Below are positions 1 through 14,204 of a stretch of 64,000 nucleotides of DNA, piece after piece; the first letter of the stretch is position 1, and each line of letters starts with the position of its first letter. The notes below the pieces were generated by a model, which saw nothing but the letters and a program-made list of their open reading frames with translations, did no database searches and had not been told where the DNA came from. Source of the DNA: the human T2T-CHM13v2.0 reference genome, Homo sapiens; NCBI RefSeq assembly GCF_009914755.1, contig NC_060930.1, one strand, 5' to 3'. A program made the translations under genes and the position numbers.

Positions 1-72
1 TGAATATTATAGAAAAGTGCTATAAGAATACAAGAGAGAAAGAGAACATTGTGGGTTAAAGTACAGGGAGAA

Positions 73-360
73 GGCCGGGCGTGGTGGCTCATGCCTGTAA
101 TCCCAGCACTTTGGGAGGCCCAAAGCAGGTGGGTCACCTGAGGTCAGGAGTTCAAGACCAGCCTGACCCACATGGTGAAACCCTGTCTCTACTAAAAATA
201 CAGAAATCAGCTGGGCATGGTGGCGCACACATGTGATCCCAGCTACTCGGGAGGCTGAGACAGGAGACTTACTTGAACCTGGGAGGCGGAGGTTGCAGTG
301 AGCTGAGATTCTCCAGCCTGGGCAATAAGAGCAAAACTGTCTCAAAAAATAAAAATAAAT
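73..360 (+). mobile_element. Alu (AluS-type)
   Basis: ggccgggcgtggtggctca start, dimeric body, A-rich tail. TSD taaagtacagggagaag at 57-73 and 360-376. Confidence 0.95.
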
Positions 361-679
361 AAAGTACAGGGAGAAGTTCCCCAAAGAGGTAGAACTGGAG
401 CCAGACCTTAATGGGGCAGCCAAAATATGCATTGAATAAGCAAAGACTTGGGAGTTGTGGAAGTACTAAAGGTGTAGCGTTTTGAATCTGCATCACGCGG
501 GGGCGCAGGGAGAAAGTCCAGGCTAGAGCGTGGGGTTTGGAGAAAAAAATGGGAAAAGGTGGACAATCATAGCCAAATTGGGAAGGTTATTAAATGCCAC
601 ATGAGGAATTTGGACTTAATTCTGAAAGTATTACAGCGCCTTTGAAGATTTTTGATGGGGGGCCACTACGTGTGAGGTT

Positions 680-3620
680 CTGTGCTAGGTGCATTAGGTA
701 ACTTTTCTCATTAGATCTTCTCAACAGCCCTGTGAGATAGACTTATCCTTGTTTTACAGAAGAGGTCTGTGTCCACATGAATGTCTCAAAGGTACCTCAG
801 CAAGTTCTAAACCAAACTTAACTATCTTAACCACACACCTTTCCTTGTTCCCAGCACTATGAGCACCACCATCTTTCATCTAGTTACAACTACATAGATC
901 TGTAAGGAAGCTCCTGCTCCTAGTCTGATGCAAAACTCAGGCCCGGACAGCAGCTGAGCAGCTGTGTGGTGATACCTGGAGGGCAGCCATGTGAACCTGC
1001 CAGCCAACCAGCATTCGATTTTTTTTAAGCAGGTATATCGATATGATCAGATTTTTGGTTTTTGAAACATTACAGTGCAGTGAGTGGATTTAAAGTGGCC
1101 ATTGTAGTAACTCAGGTAAAATACAAAAGAGCTAGAATTAGGAAAATGGCAGTGGAAATAGGAAGAAACAAATTCAAGAAATGTTTCAGAAGTGAAACTA
1201 ATAAATAAGTCTTGCTGTGGAGGTGAAGTTCCTCCTTGAGTACCGGCGATGGTAGATGGTGTTAATCTAAAGAAGAAGGAGGAAAGGTTTTACAGGGAGA
1301 AGAAGATTAAGTGGGTTATATTTTAATTGAGTAGATGGCACCTCTAACACATGTTCTCGTAGTGAAATATGGACCTAAAGTTCTATTACTGGCAAGAGAC
1401 AGACATCTGGGAGTTATCCTATTTTATGTGTAAAGTAAAAGATGATGTGGGATGGAGACTTAAGGAACAGTCCACTGAGAGATCAGGAGTGAGCAGAGGA
1501 GGAAGGAGAATAAGGAGGGGATAATCCCCACAAAAGTCCAAGGGGGCAAGTTTCAAGAATGAGAAAAGAAACGGTCAGGAGTATCACATGCTACAGAGGT
1601 AAAGAGGTAGAATAGGACTAGACATAGGGACTTGGGTCAGTAATTAGGAGGTCCTGATGGCATCAGAGAGTTACTGCAGCACAGGGTTGGGAGTGGAGGC
1701 AAAGCCGACAGGGAGTTTGGCAGTGGAAGAGACTTTGTTGGGGAAGGCAGGGTCAAGGAGAGTCCTCACAGGAAGGGAGTGCCTGGGCAAAGTGGTGGGT
1801 CGAGAGTTGTTCACATGGATTGAACTTAATTGTATCTTTGAAAACAATTTTGAAGTTTCTTACATTGCCCTTACATTTTCTCTATAAAATTTTTTTGCAA
1901 TGTCATCTTCAAACCCTAACAGGCAACTAAAATTCAAACGTGTATTTTAACCATACATAGTCACCCTGGAAAAATGCTCAGGTAGAAAGGCTGTGGGCAC
2001 AACAGTTACATTGGATACACGCATAACCACAGCCTTATATCTGTGTCTTCTCTATGTCAGCATTTTGGAAGATCAGTTGAGTTACTGTTTGTTTCTTTGA
2101 GTCAGGGTCTCACTGTCACCCAGGTTGCAGTGCAGTGGCACTATATCCTCTGCCTCCCAGGTTCAAGCAATTCTCCTGCCTCAGCCTCCTGAGTAGCTGG
2201 GACTACAGGTGCACTCCACCACGCCCAGCTAATTTTTGTATTTTTTAGTAAAGATGGGGTTTCGCCATGTTGCCCAGGCTGGCCTTGAACTCCTGACCTC
2301 AAGTGATCCACCTCGACCTCCCAAAGTGCTGGGATTACAGGCATGAGCCACCGTTCCTGGCCGGATAGTCTTATAATCTTATAGAACATGCATTGGCAGT
2401 GAGCTGCAAGCCACACCTCAGGACAAGTGCTTTTCTTATATTGACTCATTTAATCCTCACAGTAGTCCTGGGAGCCGGGCACGTTTTTATTCAACCCATT
2501 TTCTATAGGAAGAAGGTAAGGAACAGAGAGATTAAGACTGAAGCCTATGAATAATGAATCAACATAACTAGGACTATTTAAATACATATAAATGAGACAC
2601 TCTTAGGATTCAGAGTTTCTGGTATCCAGGTTATTCTAGCATCACATTTTAATGCCTTTAGTAGTAGACTGGATTTAAATTTTGAATAGTAATCTAGATG
2701 AACTTATTCTCACAGTAATAAGAATGTTCTTCACTGGAAGGTAAAACCTATATATTCAGGCTATGATAGCCCTTCTGATTTTAACTACTTACTTAATGAG
2801 AAAGTGGAATTAATTTAAATCATGTATCTCATCACCTACCATGAGCCAGCACTGTCTTGACATTACAGAGGAGAAGCACCTGTGCCTGGCACATGGTTTT
2901 TCACTCAGTAAACAATTTCTCAACAAATGAGTGAATGAATATAGTACGGCTTCTAACACTAAGCAGCTTACAGTTTAATAAGGGAGGCAGACCAGACAGC
3001 TGCGTTACAGGGAAAATAGGATATGAGCTCCATAAGGCAAGCTGGATGTTGGTCCTGTCTAAGGGAGGAGGAGAGGGTGACATCAGCAAACCTTAAAGGG
3101 AAAAGAGGATTGTAAAGTGGGAGGCTGGGAAAGACTGGAAGAGAAAGATTCTGGGTAGGGTAAGTTCTTATGGGGCACAAGTAAAGGTAGAAGAGGATTG
3201 AGTACTCTTGAGGAGCAATGAAGATGTTCTGTTGAGACTGAATTATGGCTATTTCTATGAGGGTGAAATGGTGTGCAAGGCTAGAAAAAGGAGATTGAGG
3301 CTTTATAGAGGGGCCTCAAATGTTATGGTGAAGGATTTGTGGTAGCCATTCAAATGTTTTGAATAGGGTAGCAAAGTTTTCAAAGACAGTATGGCAATGG
3401 TGTGAAGGATGGGTTGGAAAGGGGAGAAACTGGTCTAGGGGATTAAGACCCTTTCATAGCAATACTGGTGAGAAGTAGTGAGCACCTGGTTACTGGGAGG
3501 TTATCAAGGAGACAGAACAGTGAGATACTGCAGAAGATAAGACTGGTAGACGTTTGGAGAGAGGAGGAGGAGGGGGAATAGAAAGTTTGAAATTGGTAGT
3601 CCAAAGGAAAGAGAACATGG
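680..3620. mobile_element. Patchwork of degraded L2 and MIR fragments (interrupted by an Alu at about 2090)
   Basis: MIR-like ctcattt/aatcctcacaa motifs near 700 and 2445; purine-rich L2-like tracts; L2 3' end gtgcctggcacat...tgaatgaat near 2880-2940. Confidence 0.55.
2088..2362 (-). mobile_element. Alu (AluS-type), partly deleted
   Basis: Reverse Alu ending ...gagccaccgttcctggcc; source of ORF 2141..2449. Confidence 0.9.
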
Positions 3621-3766
3621 CAACTTGATGTCATGAATTTCAGGGTCAGTTACATTTCTGAGGGCCTTAAAAAACTGGCATATGATGAAAGGCATTGACT
3701 TTTTCTATTTGAAGGTTACTATCCTGTTTTTAAGGAGAAATTCAGTTGTATTTAAATTTCAAACAG

Positions 3767-3947
3767 GTTGCTAGAACACATCACGTCCAAGCAGAAAGCT
3801 ACCTGGTGTACAACATCATGAGCAGTGGAGAGATTGAATGCAGCAACACCCTAGAAGATGAGCTTGACCAGGCCTTACCCAGCCAGGCCTTCATTTACCG
3901 TCCCATTCGACAGCGGGTCTACTCACTCTTACTGGAGGACTGTCAAG
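3767..3947 (+). CDS. FAM120B: FAM120B internal coding exon (probably exon 3), 181 nt, phase 0 to 1
   Basis: Acceptor tttcaaacag|GTT, donor CAAG|gtgaga. Encodes VARTHHVQAESYLVYNIMSSGEIECSNTLEDELDQALPSQAFIYRPIRQRVYSLLLEDCQ (inside ORF 3746..3994), recognised as FAM120B. Joins the next exon in frame. Confidence 0.95.
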
Positions 3948-6224
3948 GTGAGAATTGGTTGGTCCCTCTTAGTAAAGGTTCTATTTGGAGTTGAGTTCTG
4001 AGAAACTGGCCAGATGAAATAGAGTGCATTCTTTCAAGACATGGAGACAATTAAATGGGTTTTATATCCCTGTCAAATCTATAATTGAGAATACCACTGA
4101 CATCTGTAAAAAATTAAGCGTAAGTGCCATTGGACGTCTATATCTAATGAACAGTAAGTTGATGAGTGTGCATTAAAAGAAGAATGCATGATTTCTATAA
4201 AATGTCATATTTTTATGCCTTAAAAGGATTTTTGCTTTTTTAAAAAATGTGAGAATTCTTTCCTCCTGTAGGGGAGAGTAGAGTATGCCTATTATTAGAA
4301 GAAAACAATGTCTACTTAGTCTTCCCTCAAAATGTGATTTTTATAAAATAATTTTACAAAATCTAGTGATCATGTTTTTAAATACAAACAATTTTCCTTT
4401 GGTGTTTTTGTAATTTGTGTTTTTTCTCATCTATATTTCCATTATGTGCTTAGCAACAAGAGTAGAGAGCGGACCATCAAGGACCCAAATAGTGAAAATG
4501 AGGAATTTTAACCCCAAGGAGAAAGTTAGTGAAGGTCCCATAACTCACCATTTGGAATAGTTTTGGGGGGAATGAGGAGTGTGGAAGAACACTTCATATC
4601 AGAAACCAGAGATGTTGAATGCATTTAGTGCCCTTCTATTTCAGTAAGGCCTTGTTCATTTTAGACAGAGACCTTAGGTACTTTATGGTCTGATTTGAGA
4701 ATGTGTTGATAAGAAACATGGTCTACACACTATTACCAGGATAAGAGAGAGAAGGAGTAGGATACTGGTGCAGGTGGTCCATTTGCCTAAACATCATTAT
4801 TTCCAGACATGTCAATATTAACCGTACTCTGTTGTTCCAGAAAGTGAACATTTACATAATCTAAAAGTGGTGATAGAATCATCAGATGGAAAAGTCATCA
4901 TTATTATTTTTGGATGATGGGGCTCAGGGGTAGTGGGGTTATTTAAATCCAGTTTTTGTTAGATTCCTGTAGCACCACCCAGCATGCACTGCTTTCTCCC
5001 ATACATACTGCAAGAGTTCACCTCTGTGACCTAAGGAAGCAGACATGAGAAAGATGTTTAAGCTGATTTAAAAACAGAAATAAAGAACCTGTGTAATAAA
5101 CTCTGGAGCCAAACGATATTTAAATCATTTTTTAAAATTTCTGTTTCTTATGTGCTCTCTACCCGCATTCTTTCTTAACATGGATGTTTGCACATTGACT
5201 CTAATGATGGAAAAAAGAGATCTTCCTCATGAAAACATTTTTACATTAAATAATAATATTGGAATTATTTTCAGACTATTTCATTAAACTATATAAATTT
5301 CACTAACCTAAATTTCATACTTTGTTAATGTAATATATTTATGACCAAGTGGATAACTTTATTAGATAACCACATAAAAAAACCATTCACATTGAATTTG
5401 TCTTCATGGTTGATCTTTAGTTTCTTTCTTTCTCCCTCAACTTTTTGGCTTTCTACATGAAGTTTACATTATTAAGATATGAAAATAAAATGCTGTTTTT
5501 GCTGATTTATATATGATGATAATAATGAAGTGTATCCTATGTTATTTGTTTGACTTAGTTTATGATCCCATTTGTAGTTGAAAATGTTGTGTATTTTACA
5601 GTTGTTGAGTAGAGTGTTCTGTAAATGTCAGCAGTGTTAATAAGGCTATTCCAAGTCTTTTACTGATTTTCTGTCTACTTGTTCTTAGTTCCCAGGAGAA
5701 AACGGTTAAAAATTCCAGCTCTTACTGTGGATTTGTCTATTTATTCCTTCAGTTCTGTCAGTTTTTGCTTTAGGTATTTTGAAACTCTGTTGTTAGGTGC
5801 ATATACGTTGAGGACTGTTGTGATTCTTAATGAATCGACCCTTTTAACAGGAGAGTTCACTTTTAAAAACATGGTAATACTCCTTGTCCTAAAGTTGTCT
5901 TTGTTTTATTGTAATATAGTCACTCCAGTATTCTTACTGTTAATGTTTGCATGGTATGGTATTTTTTCTATCCTTTTAAACTATTTCTTAACATCTAAAG
6001 TGCATCTCTTTTAAAAACAGCATGTCCAGTGTCACAGTCTCTCTTTTAATTGGAATGTTCAGACTGAACGTAACTCTTGGCATAATTAGGGCTCACTCTT
6101 CCGTTTTGCCTTTTGTTCTTTTTTCCCCACCTTATTTTCTCATTTTCATACTTCTTTTGGATTAGTTTAATAATTTTTAGTATTGTGTTTTATGCACTCA
6201 TTTGGATTATTAGATTTACCTTTA

Positions 6225-6575
<351 letters not shown>

Positions 6576-6621
6576 TTAGATTGGTGCAAAAATAATTGCG
6601 GTTTTTGCAATTACTTTTAAT
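6576..6621 (+). mobile_element. MADE1 (Hsmar1 mariner MITE), one half only
   Basis: ttagattggtgcaaaaataattgcggtttttgcaattactttt matches the Hsmar1/MADE1 TIR; the second TIR is absent. Confidence 0.8.
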
Positions 6622-7420
6622 ATCTTTAACATCACCATTTACTATCAAATAATATACTATGTTACTAGCAATGTAAAAACCTTGTAACTGTGTATTTTCA
6701 TTCTCCCCAACATTTTTGCTATTGTCGTTTTATGTCTTGTACATATATATATATTTTAAATTTGAAATAATTACGGATTCACAGGAAGTTGCAAGAATAG
6801 TACATAGTTTCCCATGTACCCTTCACTCAGATTCCTTCAAAGATGACATCTTATATAACTGTGGTGTAATATCAAAGCCAGAAAGTTAACATCAGGTACA
6901 ATGCTAACTAAACTGCAGACCTTATTCAGTTGTGCCATTTTTTACATGCATGCATTTATGTGTGTGGGTGTGTAGGTCTGTGCAAAGATCCTGCAGCTAC
7001 CACCACAGCCAAGATACAGAGCTGGTTTGTTAGCACTCCCTCCATGTGCCCCTGTGTCCTGGCAATCTTTCTTCCCCCCATTCCTGTCCTCTGGCAACTG
7101 CGAATCTGTTTTTCATCTCTATGTTCTTGTTCATTTCAGAATGTTACATAAATGGCAGCATACAATATGTAACCTTTGGAGATTATGCATATGTTGTAAA
7201 CCCTATAATACATGAGGGGTTGGCACACTTTTTCTGTGAAGGGTCAGATAATAATAAATATTGTAGGTTTTGAGGGCTCCTTCCACAGTCCCCGTCACAA
7301 CTACCCAATCCTGCTGTTGTAGTGCAAGAGCAGCCATAGACAACATGTACATGAATGAATGTGGCTGTGTGCCAGGAAGCCTTTATTCAATTTTCCCATG
7401 TGACAGAACTTGAATTTTAT

Positions 7421-7730
7421 TTTATTGATTTATTTATTTTTTAGAGACAGAGTCTCACTCTGTTGCCCAGGCTGGAGTGCAGTGGCACCATCACAGCTTA
7501 CTGCAGCCTTCAACTCCAAGGCTGAAGGGATCCTCCTACCTCAGCCTCTTGAGTAACTGAGATGACAGGCATGCGCCACCACACCCGGCTAATTTTTAAA
7601 TATTCTTTTTTTGAAGAGATAGGATCTCGCTATGTTACCTAGGCTGGTCTCAAACTCCTGACCTCAAGATATCCCCCACGTCAGCCTCCCAAAGTGTTGG
7701 GATTACAGATGTGAGTTACCGCACCAGGCC
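7421..7730 (-). mobile_element. AluJ-type
   Basis: Diverged reverse Alu (cagcttactgcagccttcaactcc); flanked by aacttgaatttt. Confidence 0.9.
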
Positions 7731-7740
7731 AAAACTTGAA

Positions 7741-8042
<302 letters not shown>

Positions 8043-8198
8043 TTATAGAGTATAATTTTCAGGAGTCACAAAATATTCTTAAAAACATTTTTTTCCAACC
8101 ATTAAAAAAATATGAAAACATTATTAGTTTTCAGACTGTAAAAAAGCAGGCAGATTTGACCCATGAGCTGGTAGTTTGCCAATTTCCACTTTAAATTA

Positions 8199-8697
8199 TA
8201 GGCTTTATACACACTGCACACGGAGGCTGCTCCGGTGAGTCCATGAGTGAGTGGGGAGTGAGTGGGAAGACCAGGATATGACCATGCTGCTGTAGGCTTT
8301 ATACACACTGCACACGCAGGCTGCTCCGGTGAGTCCATGAGTGAGTGGAGAGTGAGTGGGAAGGCCAGGACATGACCATACACCGCTGTAGGCTTTATAC
8401 ACACTGCACATGCAGGCTGCTCCGGTGAGTCCATGAGTGAATGAAGAGTCAGTGGGAAGGCCAGGACACGACCGTATACTGCTGTAGGCTTTATACACAC
8501 TGCACACGCAGGCTGCTCCGGTGAGTCCATGAGTGAGTGAAGAGTCAGTGGGAAGGCCAGGACATGACCGTGTTGCTGTAGGCTTTACACACACTGCACA
8601 CGCAGGCTGCTCTGGTGACTCCGGTGAGCGAGTGGGAAGTGAATGGGAAGGCCAGGACATGACCATACACTGCTGTAGGTTTTATACATACTGCACA
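8199..8697 (+). repeat. Minisatellite, about 5.2 copies of a 94-97 bp unit derived from Tigger3b
   Basis: Anchor ggctttatac recurs at 8201, 8295, 8391, 8487, 8581, 8678. Confidence 0.95.
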
Positions 8698-9098
8698 TTT
8701 AGGGCTATAATACATTCAAAAAATATTTCTTTCCTCAACAATAAATTAACCTTAACTTACTGTAACTTTTTTACTTTATAAACTTTTAAATTTATTTAAC
8801 TTTTTGACTCTTGTAATTAACACCTAACTTAAAATACAAACACATTATACAACTGGACAAAAAATTCTTTCTTTATATCATTCTATAAGCCTTTTTCTAT
8901 TAGAAAAATTTTTAACTCTACTTCCTGAATTCATACTTTAGAAACTTTTAATTTTTTTAAACTTCTTTGTTAAAAGCTCAGACACAAGCACGCACATTAG
9001 TCTAGGACTCCACGGGGTCAGGATCATCAAGGCTTCACCAGAAATGTGTGTGCAGTCCATCACTAACCAAATCATGGTTTATGCAGTACAGGACTGTA
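8600..9098. mobile_element. Tigger3b (MER7B/Golem) DNA transposon fragment
   Basis: aataaattaaccttaacttactgtaact and cacattagtctaggactccacggggtcaggatcatcaa; ends in a Tigger3-like TIR tatgcagtacaggactg-TA. Confidence 0.7.
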
Positions 9099-11135
9099 TT
9101 TCATCTTTCTTTGGGGGGGTATAGTTTTGCTGCATATAGAATTTTAGGTCGTTCTGTATTTTCTCCTGGCATGTGTAGTTTCTGATGAGACAGCAAGGCT
9201 CATCTTTATCGTTGTTCCCCATGTGTTACGTGGCTTTTCTCCTCTAGCTGTCTTTGCAATTCCTCTCCTGTTTGCTGGATTTTGAGTAAGGTTCACTCCT
9301 GCCCCCTTCATGGGATTCTTGAGCTTCCTAAATCTATGGGTTTATATTTCCTATCAAATTTGGAAGAAATGAGCGTTTTTTTAAATAAGATTTTGTCTTT
9401 CTCAATCTCTTTTGCCTCTTCCTCTGGGCCATTTGTTGACTTCCTCCTACAGGGTCCACATAGTTTTGCTTATTCTCATGTCTAGCGTTTTTTGATTATA
9501 TGCCAGAACATTTTGGATACTAAAAAGAGTGTAGAGTTTAGTTCTGTCAGACAGTTACTCTACCTGCTCCTTCCGAGACTTGCCTTTAAACTTCATTAGG
9601 CTGTGTCCATTGTGGCTTTTACTTTACAGCTAGCACAGCCCTACTCCTAAGGCAGGGCCTTCCAGGCTATCACCAGAGTGCCCAAGGTGTAGGACGAGGT
9701 CTCTTCATGTTTGCTGGTGGTGGAAGCTCCACTGTCTTCAAGCCCAGTGCAAGCTCCATTGGTTGGCCAGCCCCAGGACCTTGCCTGGCTTCTCTGAGTC
9801 TTACCCTATATCCTGATAGCTCTCTCTTCAGCCAGAGTCTAAAGGGCACTTGCCATCTGCACACTGCCCTGCTCTCTGGTGCTGTGTCCTGCAGATGGTG
9901 GCCTCAATAGTCTTGATCTCCAGTCTCTGTCTCCTCATCTGAGGAACTACCTCCCTCACTAGGATACAGTCTGGACAGTGCCTGTGGGCACAAAATTGGC
10001 GTGATAGAGAGTTGTTTCCCTTCTGTCTGGGATAACAATCTGGCACTGCCCATTGTCCGTCACATGAATGCAGTTGCTAGAACCATTTCTTCAGTTCTAG
10101 TGTTGATGGTAGGAAGGCTGGTCAGTGGCTCTGCCCTTTCACAAACGACCACCCCCACTGTCCCCTGCTCAGTGGCTCTGCTCGATCACAGTCACCCCCG
10201 CGGTCCTGTGGCATCACAGGTGCTGATAATGCCAGCTGCAAAGTCGAGTGCTGGAGTGATTCATGTTCCTTTTTTACCGACTTTTTTTTTTTTCTTAGAA
10301 GGTTTTGAGGTGTTCTCTTTATCCTGTGATTAGCGAATCTCTGTTGTCTCAGTTCTCTCCTGGAAGTGCTGTGAAATGCAGGTGGGGCTTCCTGGACTGA
10401 TACTCTCTTTCTTCATCTTTTGATTCCTGTTTTTGTGTTTTTGTGCTACATTAAGGGGACATCTCTCCACTTCATTTCTCAGCTCTTTTATAGAAGTGTC
10501 CACTCTTCTTCTCTTCATCAAGGCCTGCTTCCCCCAGCCCTGGACCAAGCCCACTGCCTCTTTCTGCCCCGCATCGAAGCCCTCTGCCCAACTTGAGCAG
10601 CTGTCTGACTGATGATCACCTTTGTGCTGGGATATCTGGCATCTAGGGACACCACCTCTTCTTCCCTTCCCCCTTAAGCACCTGTTCTCTGCTGACCTCC
10701 TCCCTTCAGAGTTCCTCAGTTACACCCACTGTCTTCTTTACCTGGTCTTGCTTTAAAAAACTGTATCCATGTTGACTGTCCAATTCCAGCAGTTTTCTTT
10801 AAGTGTTTTCTGGAACAGTGTGAGGGAGGTAGGGAGGAAAGACATCGTAGGAGTCATTAACATGGTAAACTCTCTCTCCCATATTATTGTTTACTTACCC
10901 AGATTATCCTGAGGATTTTGTCGGTTCCACAGGGTATGGTTCTTGATGGAATGAACAGATTACCCTCAGATTGGAGGATAAGAAATTAATTGTTGGATAA
11001 CTTAAGGTTACTCAGTCACCTTGGATTTGAGAGCTCACCTTTGAATTGGCCACCTGGGCAGAGCTGGGTCTGTGACACTGTGAGCCTGGCGATGCATGCC
11101 CTCATGCATCTACTGACCCAACTCTTTTTCTTCAG

Positions 11136-11237
11136 ATGTCACCAGCACCTGCCTAGCTGTCAAGGAGTGGTTTGTGTATCCTGGGAACCCACTGAGGCAC
11201 CCGGACCTCGTCAGGCCGCTGCAGATGACCATTCCAG
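11136..11237 (+). CDS. FAM120B: FAM120B internal coding exon (probably exon 4), 102 nt, phase 1 to 1
   Basis: Branch-like tactgac at 11111, pyrimidine tract, ttcag|AT, donor CCAG|gtacag. Encodes (D)VTSTCLAVKEWFVYPGNPLRHPDLVRPLQMTIP(G), in frame with both neighbours. Confidence 0.95.
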
Positions 11238-12600
11238 GTACAGGCAGCCTTTCTTTAAATGAACCACAGATCTTTCCATTCTATGATAAAAGTCTAAGAA
11301 TGCATCAGTTATGGAAAGCATCTTTTACCAGAATTGCACAAATACTAGTTTTTATTTAAACCCTTGGCTCATGATTAATGTATCCATCTAACAAAGTCCC
11401 AAAATAATGGAAGGATGATGCTGTGGCAGGTTTACCCTGGACCATCTGCGGCGGTGCTCTGCCTCTTTCTCCATCCACCCTGGTCCAGGTCCACAGCAGT
11501 GGAGAGAGAAAAGAGACAGAAGGATGGCCGTGGTCAGCGCATGTTGCTGCCGCAGCCCCAGTGCCTGATGTCTAGTTGTTGCTTGGTAGACGTCCAGAGT
11601 TTAACAGGATAGATTCTTGATATTCTGCTTGAATCAACAATCTTACCTTCTCCCCACCACTGAAAGCATATTTTGATGAGTTCTGGCACCAGAAAGAGAA
11701 GATAAAGGAGGGTTATTTCCACTGGAAAAAAGGTTATATTTTCATGAGCAATATCTTAAAGCTTAATGAGAGGTAAGGAAAAACAAAGTTCACCTGCAGA
11801 TTAGCTGAAGTATATCCAAAGAGCAGCCTTTCTTTCTGTGAGTTCGTAGTATCTGAAACAGGTCAGGAATGTACAAGTGTCAGGGTAGGGTTCTACACAC
11901 AAACAGTTAAGGAAGAGGAGGCTAAGCTTCAGAGTTTATTTTTAGTGGCTCATGTCATTGTTTCACCGAACAAATATTTTCCTACAGTTTTGCTATTCCA
12001 TTTTCATATGCATTAAATTCTCTGGTTTCGCTACTATTTTCCATGACATGAACGTGTAATTTACCAAGTACAGATCTGAGCACTATAATTGGTTTTTAAA
12101 TAAATGGAATTGTATTGAGAGAGAAGTTGAGAAAAGCTATTGTAGGGAGTGTTTCCTTATTCTGTTAATCATACACTAAAACCTTAAAAGTACTTACCAG
12201 AGAAACATAATTAGAATGCATTGACATTTGTTTTTGCAGTAAGGAGCATTTTTTTAAAGGATAGCCAAAATAATTTTCCAAAAATGTTTTATTATATATG
12301 TATTTTCATCTTATAGTATCTTTCCAAATATAATATGGAAAATGACTATTACATCTCTTTTCATTGTTTGAATTAAAGAGAACATTTGACTGTTCGTCAT
12401 TGTGTCAAGAGTTAATTTTAAAGGCCACTCTATATAATGTTTTAATAAATTCCAGAAATTGTATAAGTATTAGAGAGACTACTTCAGAGCTTGTGAAAAC
12501 ATCCTCTGTTGCACTCCTAGAGTGGGAAAGCGTGTGTATAGCACCTTGGACCACACATTGGGTTCTCTTCTGGAAGGAGCTCCGGAAGCCTGTGCCCTAC

Positions 12601-12880
12601 ATGGAGGGCCACGTCTCAAACACACTCATTTTCACAGCTATTATTCTAGACATAGGATTTGAACTTTTATACGGAGGGCCACGTCTCAGACACATTCATT
12701 TCCACAGCTATTGCTCTAGAAATTGGATTTGAATTTTTATATGGAGGGCCACGTCTTAAACACACTCATTTCCACAGCTATTACTCCAGACATAGGATTT
12801 GAACTTTTACACGGAGGGCCACATCTCAAACACACTCATTTCCACAGCTGTTACTCTAGAAATTGGATTTGAATTTTTTA
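12601..12880 (+). repeat. Minisatellite, 4 x 70 bp, ABAB higher-order structure
   Basis: ayggagggccac starts at 12601, 12671, 12741, 12811. Confidence 0.95.
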
Positions 12881-13098
12881 TTCCAGATTATTTCAATGGG
12901 TGACTCCTTATTTACACTTGCACTAATGCAATATCATCAATAATGATGATAATTCAAAAGACAAGATTTTAAATTTTAAGTGCTTTTCCGTATCTATGAG
13001 GAATATTGCCAAATGATTTTAGACAAAAATGGAAAACAGAACATCCAATTGCCTGTCAAGTATTCACATGAATACAACATACGATTAAAAACAGATCA

Positions 13099-13397
<299 letters not shown>

Positions 13398-13813
13398 TGA
13401 GATCCTGCCGATGGGCCCTTCCTGTCCACCTGTCAGGAAAACCTGCAAAAGGTTCTTGTCGCACCATTAGAGCCAGTTTTTCCCAAATGACACCCATACC
13501 TGATTTTCCTTGTTCTTCTAAGACAGTTTTAATTAGGATAATCTCATAAGTGCTACATTTTCAGTGAATTTTTCAATATAGTGGCCCATGTTCTTTCTTT
13601 TTTTTTAAAGTCTTTTTCCTCTGGTAGCACATGTGATTTAATGCTTGCTTTCCTGAATTGTAGAAATAAAAGGAAATCACAAGTATTTTCCAACAAAGTG
13701 GAACTGAGGCCGAAGGGTGCAGAAAAAAACTATAGAAATTAGTTAAAAATTAGGAAGGGGAAATAATCAAAATTAACGAGCCAGGGAGCAGAAAAAGAAA
13801 TCTCATTCCTGGG

Positions 13814-14147
13814 TGCTATGGTTTGAATGTTTGTACCCCCACCCCACCGCCCCCCCGCCCCCCGCAATTCCTGTATTGAAAACCTAATCACTAATGTGAT
13901 GGTATTGGGAGGTGGGGCCTTTGGGAGGGAAAGAGGTGATTAGATGGGATTCCTGCCCTTATAAAAGAGGCCCCTTCTTCCGTGTGAAGGTGCCAATGTG
14001 CCATCTGTGAACCAGGAAGCGGGGCCTCACCAGAAGCCAACCATGCTGGCACCTTGATCTTGGGCTTCCAGCCTCCAGAAATTTTCTGCTGTTAAAAGCT
14101 ACCTAATTTATGGTGTTTTGCCATAGCATCTCAGATGGACCAAGACA
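13814..14147 (+). mobile_element. MaLR solo LTR (MLT1A/MST-type)
   Basis: TG...CA ends (tgctatggtttgaatgt ... ggaccaagaca), 5-bp TSD ctggg/ctggt, typical accttgatcttgggcttccagcctccagaa. Confidence 0.8.
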
Positions 14148-14204
14148 CTGGTTTGTTTTATTCAGGGAGCTTATTTACATGCATATATTTCTGTGAGCCT
14201 CATC

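Noticed and set aside
7-496. Alu-derived ORFs (also 2141, 6222, 7711, 14221, 20278, 42490, 43211, 44385)
   Set aside because: Typical antisense or sense Alu translations, not genes.
492-510. CTCF-like motif cacgcgggggcgc; also YY1-like aagatggcg at 49174
   Set aside because: Single short motif matches are expected by chance in 64 kb; no supporting context.
8102-8781. Repetitive Cys-containing ORFs of 142 and 153 aa
   Set aside because: By-product of the 94-97 bp minisatellite; unit length changes break the frame.
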